Shown: positions 40,266 through 50,596, numbered from the stretch's first letter. The stretch is DNA of 64,000 nucleotides from an uncultured bacterium (GCA_963749495.1 CAVVMW010000029.1:75357-139356); one strand, 5' to 3'. The notes: generated by a model not told the origin, from the letters alone. Program-made: numbers and translations.

Positions 40266-41155
40266 ATGCATATAAAAAAAGTTCTCCTCACGCAATCCTG
40301 AACCGCTTTGCCGATGACCTGATTCTGCTGCCGCTCCAGCCCCGAAGCCAAGAGATCTACTGGGTCTGTGTGCGCCAACTCTCCGATCACTTTGAGCGCT
40401 CGCCCAACTTGGTCAGCGCCGAGGAACTCCGCCAGTATTTCATCCATCTCAAGACCCAGCGGCACTTGGCCCGCCAAACCTCCACGCAGGCTTTGTGTGC
40501 CATCAAACTCTTCTGGGAGAAAACCCTCCAGCGGCCCTGGCCGGCGGAACTGGAGTTTGTGCGCGCCACACCCCAATTCAAGCTGCCAGTTATCCTCTCG
40601 GCCGCCGAGGTGCGCACAATTATCGCCCGGGTTGCCCCTCTGGACCATCGGGTCGCCCTGACAACGATCTACTCCTGTGGCCTGCGCTTGGGCGAAGCCG
40701 TCAACCTGGAAGTCGGCGACATTGATTCCCAACGGATGTTCCTCCACATCCGGGCGGGCAAAGGCAACCGCGACCGTTACGTGCCCTTGCCCCAGCGCAC
40801 GCTCGAACTGCTGCGCGAGCTCTGGCGCAGCCACCGCCATCCACGATGGCTCTTCCCAGCTAAAGGCCACAGCGGTCTGGGCGCTGCTACCGCCACAGAG
40901 CCCATGGACCGCAGCACGCTGCAACAAGCCTTCCGCCGGGCCCTGCGCGCCAGCGGCATCAGGAAGGCCGCCCACATTCATACGCTGCGCCACAGCTATG
41001 CCACCCACCTGCTGGAGCAAGGCGAAAACCTCCGCCAATTGCAGGTCAACCTCGGCCATCACAGCCCCGTCACCACCGTCATCTATACCCACTTAACCAC
41101 CCTCTGTCAGACTCAGCACCAGCAGCGCATTAACAAATTCATGGGCGACCTCTAG
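40266..41155 (+). CDS. Tyrosine recombinase with N-terminal SAM-like domain; A-run indel near the start
   Basis: YSCGLRLGE, GKGNRDR, HTLRHSYATHLLE, LGH..TT.IYTH. Confidence 0.92.
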
Positions 41156-41166
41156 GCGGCCTCTAA

Positions 41167-42408
41167 ATGGCCGCAGCCGCTCAGCGCAGCGGCAGCTCCT
41201 TATCCGTCCACGACGTGTTGTGCCGATGGGCTCCGGCCTATCTGGAGCAGTTCGGAGCTGCCATGCCCACCCGCCAGCGCCAGGTGCTGCAAAACCTTTT
41301 GGTTTGCCGCACCGCGGCCCTGGGCGGGGCGATGTACTATTGCCCCAAGTGCGACCACCGCCACTTCAGCTACCACTCCTGCAACGACCGGCACTGTCCG
41401 CAGTGCGGCGGCCAGGATGCCCAGCAGTGGCTCGATGAGAATACCGCCCTGTTGCTGCCGGTGAACTATTTCCTGCTCACCTTCACCGTGCCCGAAGGCT
41501 TGCGCCGCTGGATTCGCTCTCACCCCCAAAAGGGCTATGACCTGCTCCTGGCCGCCAGTTCCCAGGCCCTGCAGGATCTGGCTCAAAATCCCAAACGCCT
41601 CGGCGCCACCCTCGGTATGCTGGGGGTGCTCCACACCTGGACGCGCACCCTCGAATACCATCCCCACGTCCACTACCTGGTCCCCGGCGGCGGCCTCAGC
41701 CCAGATCAGCGCCAGTGGATCTCCAGCCGCCCTCGGTTCCTGTTGCCGGTCAAAGCCCTGAGCGATCGCTGCCGCACGCTTTACCAGGCGGCACTCCAAA
41801 AGCAGATGCCCGAGGCCCTTGCCCTCCTGCCGGCCAAAGTCTGGCAGCAACGCTGGGTCGTTCACAGCGCTGCTGTCGGCAGGGGCCAAAACGCGTTGCG
41901 CTACCTCAGCCGTTACGTGTTTAAAACCGCCACCGGCAATCGCCAACTCCAATTGCTGCCTGACGGACGCTTGCGCTGGCCCTTCCGCCACAGTGCCACG
42001 GGGGCTTGGGGCCACATGGACATGGCCCCCTTCGAGTTCCTCCGCCGCTTCCTCCAGCACGTCCTGCCGCTCAGATTCCATCGGGTCCGCCGCTTTGGCT
42101 GGCTCCATCCCGGGGGCCGCGCCCAGTTCAACCGCGTCCGAGCCCTGCTCAAAATACCGCCCTTACTCTCCGCGGCCGAGAAAGCCGCTTGGCAGCCTCC
42201 GACCTCCAGCCCGCCGACTGACCCGCCCTTGGCCGCTCAAGGAGTCTGCGCCCAGCCCACACCCCTGCCTGTCCGGCAGGCAGGCCTGCTTTGTCCGCAT
42301 TGTGGCACCGGGCTGGTCCTGGTCGGCTCCTGGCGCCCAGGACAAAAGGTCATCTCCTTGCCCGACGGCTCCCCCGTCGGCGTCCGCCGCACCATCAGGC
42401 CGCCATGA
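41167..42408 (+). CDS. IS91-family Y2 transposase with zinc-binding domain
   Basis: CRTAALGG, SCNDRHCPQC, LHTW...YHPHVH (HUH), YLSRY, RRFLQHVLP. Confidence 0.93.
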   Translation: MAAAAQRSGSSLSVHDVLCRWAPAYLEQFGAAMPTRQRQVLQNLLVCRTAALGGAMYYCPKCDHRHFSYHSCNDRHCPQCGGQDAQQWLDENTALLLPVNYFLLTFTVPEGLRRWIRSHPQKGYDLLLAASSQALQDLAQNPKRLGATLGMLGVLHTWTRTLEYHPHVHYLVPGGGLSPDQRQWISSRPRFLLPVKALSDRCRTLYQAALQKQMPEALALLPAKVWQQRWVVHSAAVGRGQNALRYLSRYVFKTATGNRQLQLLPDGRLRWPFRHSATGAWGHMDMAPFEFLRRFLQHVLPLRFHRVRRFGWLHPGGRAQFNRVRALLKIPPLLSAAEKAAWQPPTSSPPTDPPLAAQGVCAQPTPLPVRQAGLLCPHCGTGLVLVGSWRPGQKVISLPDGSPVGVRRTIRPP

Positions 42409-42801
42409 AAACTACGCCCTGGACCACCTCACTGCTCGTTCCGGCTGGGGGGCCAACTCCCACCCCCGCGCTTTGTTCGCGTGGCACCCGCTTGAGCGTC
42501 CCAACTGGCCAGTGGCCGATCCCGGAGCCTCGACAACGCTGCCGCCCCGTCAGCACCGGGACTGGCGCAGGTTGGCACGGCTCTGGCCCGTCCCCAAAAG
42601 CCTCGACCGCAGACCGTAGTCAAAGGCAAATCCAGGACTTTCCGCAGTACCCCCAAGGATGGCCCAACGAACCTTGGGCCGCGGCTTCGTTCAACCCAGG
42701 AATGTAGAGAACACGGGGGCGGACCCAACTTCTCCAAAGTCACTTCTGTATTCCCGAGTCCCGCCTTATCTCGCCCCCGCGTTCTCTACATTCCTTTTTC
42801 T

Positions 42802-42975
42802 GTTGCGCGGAACGCGCTACCCTGGGGTCAGGCCACCAAACGCTCAAAACCCCGAAGGGGTTTCAGCGGTCAGAAGGGATACAACCCCTTCAGGGTAGCT
42901 GCTCAGAGGGCGCGTGACCCAGGGTAGCGCGTTCCGCGCGACCCTGGGCTGAGTGATCACAAGCCCTTCGGGCTA
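42802..42975. repeat. Right part of the interrupted REP/REPIN; left part at 40051-40099
   Basis: CCCTGGGCTGAGTGAT near 42942 is the reverse complement of ATCACTCAGCCCAGGG at 40081. Confidence 0.75.
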
Positions 42976-43033
42976 CTGCTTTGAGTGTGGTTTGTCACAG
43001 GCGACGCGACCAGGAGCCAGCGTCTCACCGGAG

Positions 43034-43177
43034 GTTTCACGTTTCACGTTTCACGTTTCACGCATGGCGTAGCGGCGCCCGGGAAGTTGAACAAGAGGTA
43101 ACGGAGAGAACAGAGGCAGGAACAGGCCTCTCCTTTAGCCTTTAGCCTTTAGCCTTTAGCCTTTAGCCTTTAGCCTT
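43034..43177. repeat. Heptamer arrays (GTTTCAC)4 and (CCTTTAG)6, plus a 9-nt periodic AACAGAG repeat
   Basis: Read directly. The CCTTTAG array supplies the hemH stop codon. Confidence 0.85.
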
Positions 43178-44185
43178 TCCCCACCTCCCGACCATCCCTT
43201 CCAGCGCGTCCAGCCAGAGCGGGTGCTCGTTCAGGCAGGGGACGAGGGTGAACTGGGTGCCGCCGGCGCCCAGGAAGGTGTCGCGGCCGCGCAGGCCCAT
43301 TTCTTCGAGGGTCTCCAGGCAATCCGAGACAAAGGCCGGGCAGATGACCATGAGCCGCTTGATGCCGCGCCGGGGCATTGCGGCCAACTCGTGATCCGTG
43401 TAAGGCCGCAGCCACGGGTATCGGCCCAGGCGCGACTGGAATGCGACCGAGTATTTGCCGTCGGGGATGCCGGCCTGCTTGACAAAGCCCGACACGGTCT
43501 TGAAACACTGGGCGCGGTAACAGGTGGCATGGGCTGGGCTGGGCGTCCGGCAGCAGTCCGTCACGGTCAGGCAATGGCGACCCGTCGGGTCCGCCTTGCG
43601 GATCTGCCGCTCCGGCAGCCCGTGGAAGCTGAAGAGCAGGTGGTCGTAACCGCCTTTGAGGCAAGCCGCCGCGCTGCCCACCAGGGCGGCGATGTAATCC
43701 GGGTGATCAAAAAAGGGCGGCTGGACCTTCAAGGCCATCCGCGGCGTCAACTGCGCCACGACCTGCTTCACGCGCTCGACGGCGCTCTCATAGCTCGACA
43801 GGGCGTAGTGCGGGAAGAGCGGGATGAGCAGCGTCTCCTGGACGGCCCGGTCCGCCAGGGCGCGCACCGCCTGCGGGATCGACGGGTGCTGGTAGCGCAT
43901 CGCCAGTTCCACGGGCATCGGGAGCCGCCGCGCCAACTGTGCCTGCACGTTCCAGCTTGTCACGATCAGCGGCGAGCCGGAGGCGGTCCAGATCTTGTGA
44001 TAGGCCTCGGCCGATCGCCGTGGACGCCTGGGCAGGATGGCGAAATGCACGATGCAGAAGCGCGCCAGCCAGTTCACGTCCAGCACGCGCCCGTCCATGA
44101 GGAACTCGCGCAAATACCGCCGCACCGCCGGCACCGACGGGGCGTCGGGCGAACCCAGGTTGACCAGGAGCACGGCCTTGTTCAT
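43163..44185 (-). CDS. hemH: Ferrochelatase
   Basis: LLVNLGSP, YLREFLMD, SPL, AMRY, LFSFHGLP, FQSRLG, FVSDCLETLEE. Confidence 0.96.
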   Translation of the reverse strand: MNKAVLLVNLGSPDAPSVPAVRRYLREFLMDGRVLDVNWLARFCIVHFAILPRRPRRSAEAYHKIWTASGSPLIVTSWNVQAQLARRLPMPVELAMRYQHPSIPQAVRALADRAVQETLLIPLFPHYALSSYESAVERVKQVVAQLTPRMALKVQPPFFDHPDYIAALVGSAAACLKGGYDHLLFSFHGLPERQIRKADPTGRHCLTVTDCCRTPSPAHATCYRAQCFKTVSGFVKQAGIPDGKYSVAFQSRLGRYPWLRPYTDHELAAMPRRGIKRLMVICPAFVSDCLETLEEMGLRGRDTFLGAGGTQFTLVPCLNEHPLWLDALEGMVGRWGKAKG

Positions 44186-45578
44186 CCCAGATATTGCGCC
44201 ACCCGCTCGGCGATATTGCACCCGGAGAGGATCGAATCGCTCAACGAGACACCGTCGCGGTAATGGCCGGCAAAGAAGAGCCCGGCGCCTCCCGTTCGAT
44301 CTGCGAGAGCAGTTCCCGGTAGCGGCCATAGCCGAGGTTGTACTGCGGGATGGCGCGAGGATAGAAGACGATGTGCTGGTAGGTCGGCCTGCCTTTGACG
44401 CCCAGCAGGGGGCGCAAATCCTCGCACGTCAGGGCGGCCAGGTCCGGGGGCGGCAGCGAGGCCAGTTCCGGGTAACGCTCCCCGCCGACGTAACTGGTCA
44501 AGGCCAGGTGCCCCGCCGGGGCCCGGTTAGGAAACAGCGATGACGAGAAGATGGTGCCCAGGATCTTGAATCCCTCGATCTTCGGGATGAGCATGCCGAA
44601 CCCCTGGCAGGGATGCTCGACGTCCTGGCGGCGGAAGCCGAGCACGACGCTGGCCACGGGCGGGTAGCGTATCTGGGCGAAGGGGGCGAAGCTCAACGGC
44701 GGCTGCGCCTGGACCTGCAGCTCGGCCAGCTTGTAGGCGGTGCCGGCATAGACGACGGCGCTGTGCCCGGCGCGAACCTCCCCGCCATCCTGGCGCGCCT
44801 CGACCGTCCAGGCCCCGTCCTGGCCCGGCCTCTGCACGAGCCGGGTGACGGCGGTCCCCAGGCGGACGGCCTTGCCGAGGCGCTGGCGCAGCGTCTCCGG
44901 CAGCACCTGCAGGCCCTCGTCGAACGAGAATTTCGGCGCGCGGTCCTTGGCCACTTCGCCGCGCCGTTTCCGCTCACGCGCCCCAAAAATCTGTCCCTTG
45001 ATCAGCGAACCGTAGCGCGCCTCCAGTTGCCCCAGCTTCGGAAAGGCCTGCCCCACCGAGAGCTTCCACGGGTCGCCCGCATAGACCCCCGCCACCAGCG
45101 CGTCAATGGCCTGGTCAAGAAACTCCCGGCCCAGCCGGCGCAGGACGAACTCGGCCACGCTCTCCTCTTTGCCATCGCGGCGCGGCGGCACGAACGGCTC
45201 GCGCAGCACCGCCAGCTTGGCCTTCGCAGTGAAGAGCCGGGTGGTGAAGAAGCCCAGTGGCGAAAGGGGCATCTCCATCGGCCGGCCGTAGCGCACCACG
45301 TAGCGCGCCCCCGCCTTGGGGTCGGGGTCCAGCCGCCGCCCGGCCAGCCCCGCGTCCTGGATCAATTGGGCTATCCTGGGCGAGGTCTCCAGGATTGTGT
45401 TGGGCCCGAATTCGGCCAGGTAACCGCTCTCGCGGATGGACTCGATGACGCCCCCCACCCGGCGGCTTGCCTCATAGAGCGTTACCGGCACGCCCCGGCG
45501 CTGCAGGCAAAAGGCCGCCGTCAAGCCGGTGACGCCGCCACCGATGATGGCAACCGGTTCAAGAGACTCGAGGGACAT
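44182..45578 (-). CDS. hemG: Protoporphyrinogen oxidase (HemY-type); frameshift near 44280
   Basis: IIGGGVTGL, EFGPN, GVYAGDP, AIPQYNLG. C-terminus GLFFAGHYRDGVSLSD lies in ORF 44182..44427. Confidence 0.92.
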
Positions 45579-45598
45579 AAGAGACGGCGCGCGCCGGG

Positions 45599-46966
45599 TC
45601 AGATTGTCCGGGAGAACCGGTTCTCCTTGCGGGTGGCGGCATAGGCGTCGAACCGCATGGCGATGTTGCGGATCAACAGGCGCCCCAAGTCCGTCACCAC
45701 CAGGCCCTCCGGCGTCTTGAGGAGCAAACCGTCGGCCTCCATGTCGTCCAGCGAATCCAACTCACGGGCGAAATGCTCCTTGAAGTCGATCCCCAACAAC
45801 CTCGACATGGCGGTGAAATCCAGGCCCAGGTCGCACATGAGCCGCATGATGGTCAGGCGGCGGAGCTTGTCCTCGGCGGTCATGAGATAGCCGCGATGCA
45901 CCGGGAGCCTGCCCGCGTTGAGCGCCGCGTAATACTCGGGGAGTTCCTTGTGGTTCTGCCAGTAGAACCCCTCCGCCTGCGAGATCGAGGACATGCCGAA
46001 GGCGTAGATGTCCGCCCCGCCTCGAGTGCTGTAGCCCTGGAAATTGCGCTGGAGAGTCTTCTGTTTCTGGGCCACCGCCAGTTCGTCCCCGGCCAGCGCG
46101 AAGTGGTCCATGCCGATATAGACGTAGCCCTCGGCGGTGAGCTTCTCGATGGTCAGCTTGAGCAACTCCAGCTTGGTCTCGGGCGTGGGCAGCGCCTCCA
46201 CCTTCAGTATCTTCTGGGCCGGTTTCATCCAGGGCACGTGCGCGTAGTTGAAGACCGCAAAGCGGTCCGGGCGCAACGTCAGGATCTCGTCGAGGGTCTT
46301 GAGGAACGATGCCGGGGCCTGGTGCGGGAGGCCGTAGATCAAGTCGATGTTGACGGAGTGAAAGCCGGTCTCACGCATCCACTCGACCACGCGCCGGGTC
46401 ATCTCGAAGGGCTGGATGCGATGGACCGCCTTCTGCACCACCGGGTCGTTGTCCTGGACGCCCATCGAGGCGCGGTTGAATCCCACCTCGCGCAGGGCGG
46501 CCAGGTGGTCGCGCGTCAGGCGGCGCGGATCCACTTCCACCCCCGCCTCAACGTCCTCGGCCAGGGTGAATCGCGCATGGATGCGCTCGCCCAAGGCCCG
46601 GATCTCGTCGGGCGCCGAAAACGTCGGCGTGCCGCCGCCAAAATGGAGCTGCACCACCTTCCGCTTCGGGTTGAGCAGCGGCCTCATCAGGTCCATCTCC
46701 CGCTCCAGGTAACCGATGTACTCCCCGCTCTTCCTGGGGTCCAGCGTGATGACGGTCGTACACCCGCAAAACCAGCAGAGCGAATAGCAGAATGGCAAAT
46801 GGAAATAGAGCGAGAGGTCGCGCTCGGTCCGGTTGTTGGCCCGGATCCGCTCGATAAACACCTCCGGCGGGATCTCGTCCGTGAAGTGCGTCGCCGGCGG
46901 ATAAGAGGTGTAGCGCGGCCCGGGGACGTTGTATTTCCTGATCAACTCGAGATCGACTTTAAGCAT
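45599..46966 (-). CDS. hemN: Oxygen-independent coproporphyrinogen III oxidase (radical SAM)
   Basis: GPRYTSYP, HLPFC...CWFCGC, HFGGGTP, IGMDHFA, RNFQGY. Confidence 0.96.
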   Translation of the reverse strand: MLKVDLELIRKYNVPGPRYTSYPPATHFTDEIPPEVFIERIRANNRTERDLSLYFHLPFCYSLCWFCGCTTVITLDPRKSGEYIGYLEREMDLMRPLLNPKRKVVQLHFGGGTPTFSAPDEIRALGERIHARFTLAEDVEAGVEVDPRRLTRDHLAALREVGFNRASMGVQDNDPVVQKAVHRIQPFEMTRRVVEWMRETGFHSVNIDLIYGLPHQAPASFLKTLDEILTLRPDRFAVFNYAHVPWMKPAQKILKVEALPTPETKLELLKLTIEKLTAEGYVYIGMDHFALAGDELAVAQKQKTLQRNFQGYSTRGGADIYAFGMSSISQAEGFYWQNHKELPEYYAALNAGRLPVHRGYLMTAEDKLRRLTIMRLMCDLGLDFTAMSRLLGIDFKEHFARELDSLDDMEADGLLLKTPEGLVVTDLGRLLIRNIAMRFDAYAATRKENRFSRTI

Positions 46967-47099
46967 ACGACAAGATTCGCACCGTCCAACATAACCCCGG
47001 GCCGTGCCCAATTCCAGCCTGGCGCGCCCGCCAAGCCGGGTGGATGTGGCGGCAGCACCACCCGGGCAAGAATGCCGCAACGCACCCTGCGGGTCGCCG

Positions 47100-47325
47100 G
47101 TTTCATCCCGGAGGGATGAAAGAGGGTAGCCGGGGGTCGAAGCGCAGCGAGACCCCCGGTTGAGCGGCATCGGGGGTCTGCATCCCGGAGGGATGCCAGA
47201 GGGCCTTCGAGCTCGAGAGCGGGGCATTCTGGCACCCCGTTCCGGGGTGCAGGCCCTTTCTGCGCGCCGACCGGGGGTCAGGGCGATGCCGCGACCCCCG
47301 GCTACCATCTGGCAACCCTCCGTTG
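47100..47325. repeat. REP/REPIN-like element
   Basis: CATCCCGGAGGGATG palindromes; GGTAGCCGGGGGTC and GACCCCCGGCTACC inverted arms. Confidence 0.75.
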
Positions 47326-47366
47326 CCGCCTCTGGCCCCTCGTCCCTCGTCCCTCGCCCCTCTCAT

Positions 47367-48450
47367 TTATTTGGGTGGCCGGTAATTGCGGACCAGCGTG
47401 ACCAGGGCCTCGATATTCTCGAGCTTCGCCCCCGGCGGCACGCCATGGCCGAGATTGAAAATGTGGCCTGGCCGGTGGCGCATCCCGTGCAGGAGCAGGA
47501 CCGTCTCGGTGGCCATGTCCGCAAACTCGGAGCAGAGGAGGAACGGGTCCAGGTTGCCCTGCACCGCCACGCGCGGGGGCAGTTGTGCCGCCACGTCTGG
47601 CAGGCTGACGGTCCAGTCCAGGCCCAGGACCTGCGCGCCTGTCCCCAGCAGGTCGCCCCAATTGCCGTGTACGCCCTTGGCGAACACGATCACCGGCACC
47701 CGCTTCCCGAGCGAGCCGATGATTTGCTCCATCCATTTCAGCCGAGGCGCCCGCATACGCGTAGGTCGAGAGCACCCCGCCCAGGCTGTCAAAAATCTGG
47801 ACCGCATCGGCCCCGGCGTCAATTTGCAGTTGCAGGAACGCGCTCACCGCCCGCGTCAGCTTCTCCATCAGGCGATTGAAAAGCTCCGGGTCGGAATAAA
47901 GCAGCGCCTTGGCCTTGGTGTATTCCTTGACCCCGCCGCCCTCCATCATGAAATTGGCCAGTGTCCAGGGCGAACCGGCGAAACCCAGCAAGGCCGTGCT
48001 CGTGCCCAGGGCCGAGCGGATCATCGGCAGGGCGCGCGCCACATATTGCAGCCGCTCCGTCACCGCCTTTTCCTCCAACCGTTCGATGTCCGCGGCGCGG
48101 TTGAGCAAAAACTCCATCTCGATCCCGCCCTGGTCCCGGAAACGGTAGCGCTGTCCCATCCCTTCGGCCACCACCAGGATGTCGCTGAAGAGTATCGCCG
48201 CGTCGAACCCGAATCGCCGCACCGGCTGGAGCGTCACCTCCGCCGCCAACTCCGGCGTCTGCACCAGCTCCAGGAAGCCGTGCTTCTGTTTGAGCGCGCG
48301 GTATTCGGGCAGCGCGCGCCCCGCCTGGCGCATCAGCCAGATCGGCGGCCGATCCAACGGGCGGCAACGGCAGGCCGCCAGGAATCGCTGCCGGCCCGTC
48401 AGGTCGGACGGCCCCTTGCCCGGCCTGGCCGCGTCTGCGCTCTTGTTCAT
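47367..48450 (-). CDS. hemE: Uroporphyrinogen decarboxylase; frameshift near 47740
   Basis: PIWLMRQAGR.LPEY, DAAILFSDIL, GFAGSPWTLA, QIFDS. QGNLDP and IFNLGHG lie in ORF 47367..47822. Confidence 0.94.
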
Positions 48451-48738
48451 CAGTTAATTTAGATGGCCAACGGGGAGTTCACTCGAAGCGCCGCCGCTGG
48501 TTGGTTTGCCTGTTCCAGGCTCGCCCAGGATAGCAGGACCGACCGGCAGGTCAACTCAGGGCGCCGTGTCGAGATGCGCCCCAGGGCCGAAGGCCCGTCA
48601 TGTGATAGCCCGGGCTGGAGCGAAGCGGAGGCCCGGGTGAGCGAGTGCCCCGCGAAAACGGCTCGGCCTGTAGGGCCGAGACCCACGGCCCACGAAGGTG
48701 ACATGATCATTTTTTCACCGCAACAGGTTTAATTGGGT

Positions 48739-48951
48739 TTAATTGGGTTTAATGGGGCCTCTGGTCGGCAGTCCGGCGACGGTGGCCCCAGCGCACTGCT
48801 CGCTGAAATAGGCGGCGAGCACGGCCTGAACCTCGGGCAGCGAATTGAGCCAGGCGGCGAGGTCTTTGGCTTCCTGGCCGTCGTCGAGCCGCTGGTTGAG
48901 CTGGTCGCGTATGGCGCGGGGGAGAGGGGCGATTTTGCCGTTGCGGCTCAT
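48739..48951 (-). pseudogene. Truncated DUF3486-like protein
   Basis: MSRNGKIAPLPRAIRDQLNQRLDDG...WLNSLPEV, after which similarity is lost. Confidence 0.5.
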
Positions 48952-49288
48952 TGGGCGGCGCGGCAGGGCTCCCGCGAGTTCAGGGGGGGATGCTCGTGAT
49001 TCAAGTTTACGGGGTAATTCCATGGCGGAGTTGGCGAGACCTCATTATTGGAATTTCTCATGGACGCCACTTTGCGCCGCCTCGACCGCTCCTGTCCACG
49101 GACAGAGCGGACTGTTCGGACAATGCGGAGTTTTTACGCTTGGGCCGGCTATCGATGGGGTGGATTTTGGCCGCCCGCGAAACGGCAATAGCGGGTTTGT
49201 GTGAATGTCCTCGCGCCGATCCCCACGGGTACGGGACAAAATAGTAACCATTAGAGCTGTTCATTTCCGCGTATTTCGCGTATTTCGC

Positions 49289-50087
49289 TCGCAGCCCATA
49301 AGGCTGCCAGTCCAGCCGGTGGAAGTCCGGCGATGGTAACTGACGATGAACCATACAGTGATAACCGACGCGGGAAGGGGCGACCCGACCCGCGAAAGCT
49401 CGGTCGTAAAAGTCCTGGCCGGAGCAGGGCGAGCAACACCTCCAGGCCGTAGCATAAAGCGAAAGCTGCAGCTTCGTTACGTTACCCACGGGTTCCGGAT
49501 TCGTGGGATTTGTGACTGCCGAGCCGGTGCGAAAACGGCGAAGGCACAACCAACGATGAAGGCATCGTCGCAGGCAATCGTTGGAGTCACCGGAGTACGG
49601 GCGGCGGCATGGGGTGAAAGGACTGGCAGAGTAAATTGGGGACCCTCTGGGGCTGGCGGGTTGGCCCCGCAGCCTGGCGGAATAATGCATAAGCCGCTGG
49701 GTGGCCAACAGAGGCGCACATGTGGCCATAGTAAGCGAGGAGCCGACCGGACAGCACAACCGGTTGGGGAGCCAAGGGCCACTGGACCCGCGGTCGTGGT
49801 CAGAAGTTCTCGGTGCCGCTTGGACGCAAGTCCGACTACGGAACAACCGCCGGGGACGGAGATACCGACGGTGACGGCCTATAAGCGGGCGGTAGCACGC
49901 CCGCGAAGGTGGCCGTGGCGTCAGGCGGGTTTGAAGCCGGTACTGGGGAAAACCCACCGTACGGAATTTTAGAGGGGGCAGAGGAAACGAAGTGAATGGC
50001 CTGATGACCGTTTGCCACGATGCCCGAAAGGGCCGATACACTGGAAGTCATTGGCCTAATCATGTTCGCGCCTCTGCTCTACTCGAT
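49289..50087 (+). ncRNA. ORF-less group II intron, copy 2 (799 nt)
   Basis: About 4 substitutions versus copy 1 by eye. Boundaries are fixed by the empty allele at 2943/2944. Confidence 0.88.
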
Positions 50088-50104
50088 GGTTCATTCTTCT
50101 GCGG

Positions 50105-50245
50105 GACGAGCATCGGGCGCAGGTGCAAAACTACCTCAAGGCGACCCGGTTCAAGCTCGGGCTGTTGGTCAACTTTGGCCATTATCCCAAAGTCCAAATT
50201 GAGCGCATCGTGGCGGAGCGGGGCCGATACGGCCATGGCACCTGA
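50105..50245 (+). pseudogene. C-terminal remnant of a GxxExxY (PD-(D/E)XK_3) protein
   Basis: DEHRAQVQNYLKATRFKLGLLVNFGHYPKVQIERIV. Confidence 0.85.
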
Positions 50246-50596
50246 GGGCAACCGCGGAATACGCCCGTCCTCCGCAGTAGCTCTGCTACGGAGGGTGGAC
50301 GGAATACGCGGAAAACAAAGCCGCTCAGCGATCCGGGGGGGCTGGCCAGCCTTGGGGCAGCCCCATTTCATTGCGGTTGCATCCGCATAGATACAATCCC
50401 GGAAGGGAAGAAACAACGCCTGCCTTGGTCTCTTCAACGGAGGTTACTTTTTTGTCCGGCACCTGACCCCCACGATTCATCAGATGGTACACGGCACCCG
50501 GAAACTGAATGCGCAGTTGGCGCGGCAGGGTCCCATTGTGGCTGCCCCGCCCGTGCTGTCAATCGAAAATGCACAACGTAAGGGCTTGACCCCTTT

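Larger units (their letters stand above)
40096..42801 (+). mobile_element. Integrase + IS91-type (Y2) transposase element inserted in a REP
   Basis: Two-gene cassette. The REP halves CAGCCCAGGGTTG and GTTGCGCGGAACGCGCTACCCTGGG rejoin when the element is removed. Confidence 0.8.
49227..50464 (+). mobile_element. Non-autonomous TIR element with GxxExxY remnant; 9-bp TSD
   Basis: TIRs match at 19/22 positions. Flanks GATCCCCAC (49218-49226) and GACCCCCAC (50465-50473). Confidence 0.8.
49200..50593 (-). mobile_element. Y1/RAYT-like remnant split by the TIR element
   Basis: PRQLRIQFPGAVYHLMNRG (50465-50525) rejoins RGDRREDIH (49201-49227). End motif GGGGTCAAGCCCTTAC at 50578-50593. Confidence 0.8.

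Noticed and set aside
40266..41155. Integron integrase with a cassette array
   Set aside because: It lacks the IntI-specific insertion, no attC array is visible, and it is coupled to a Y2 transposase.
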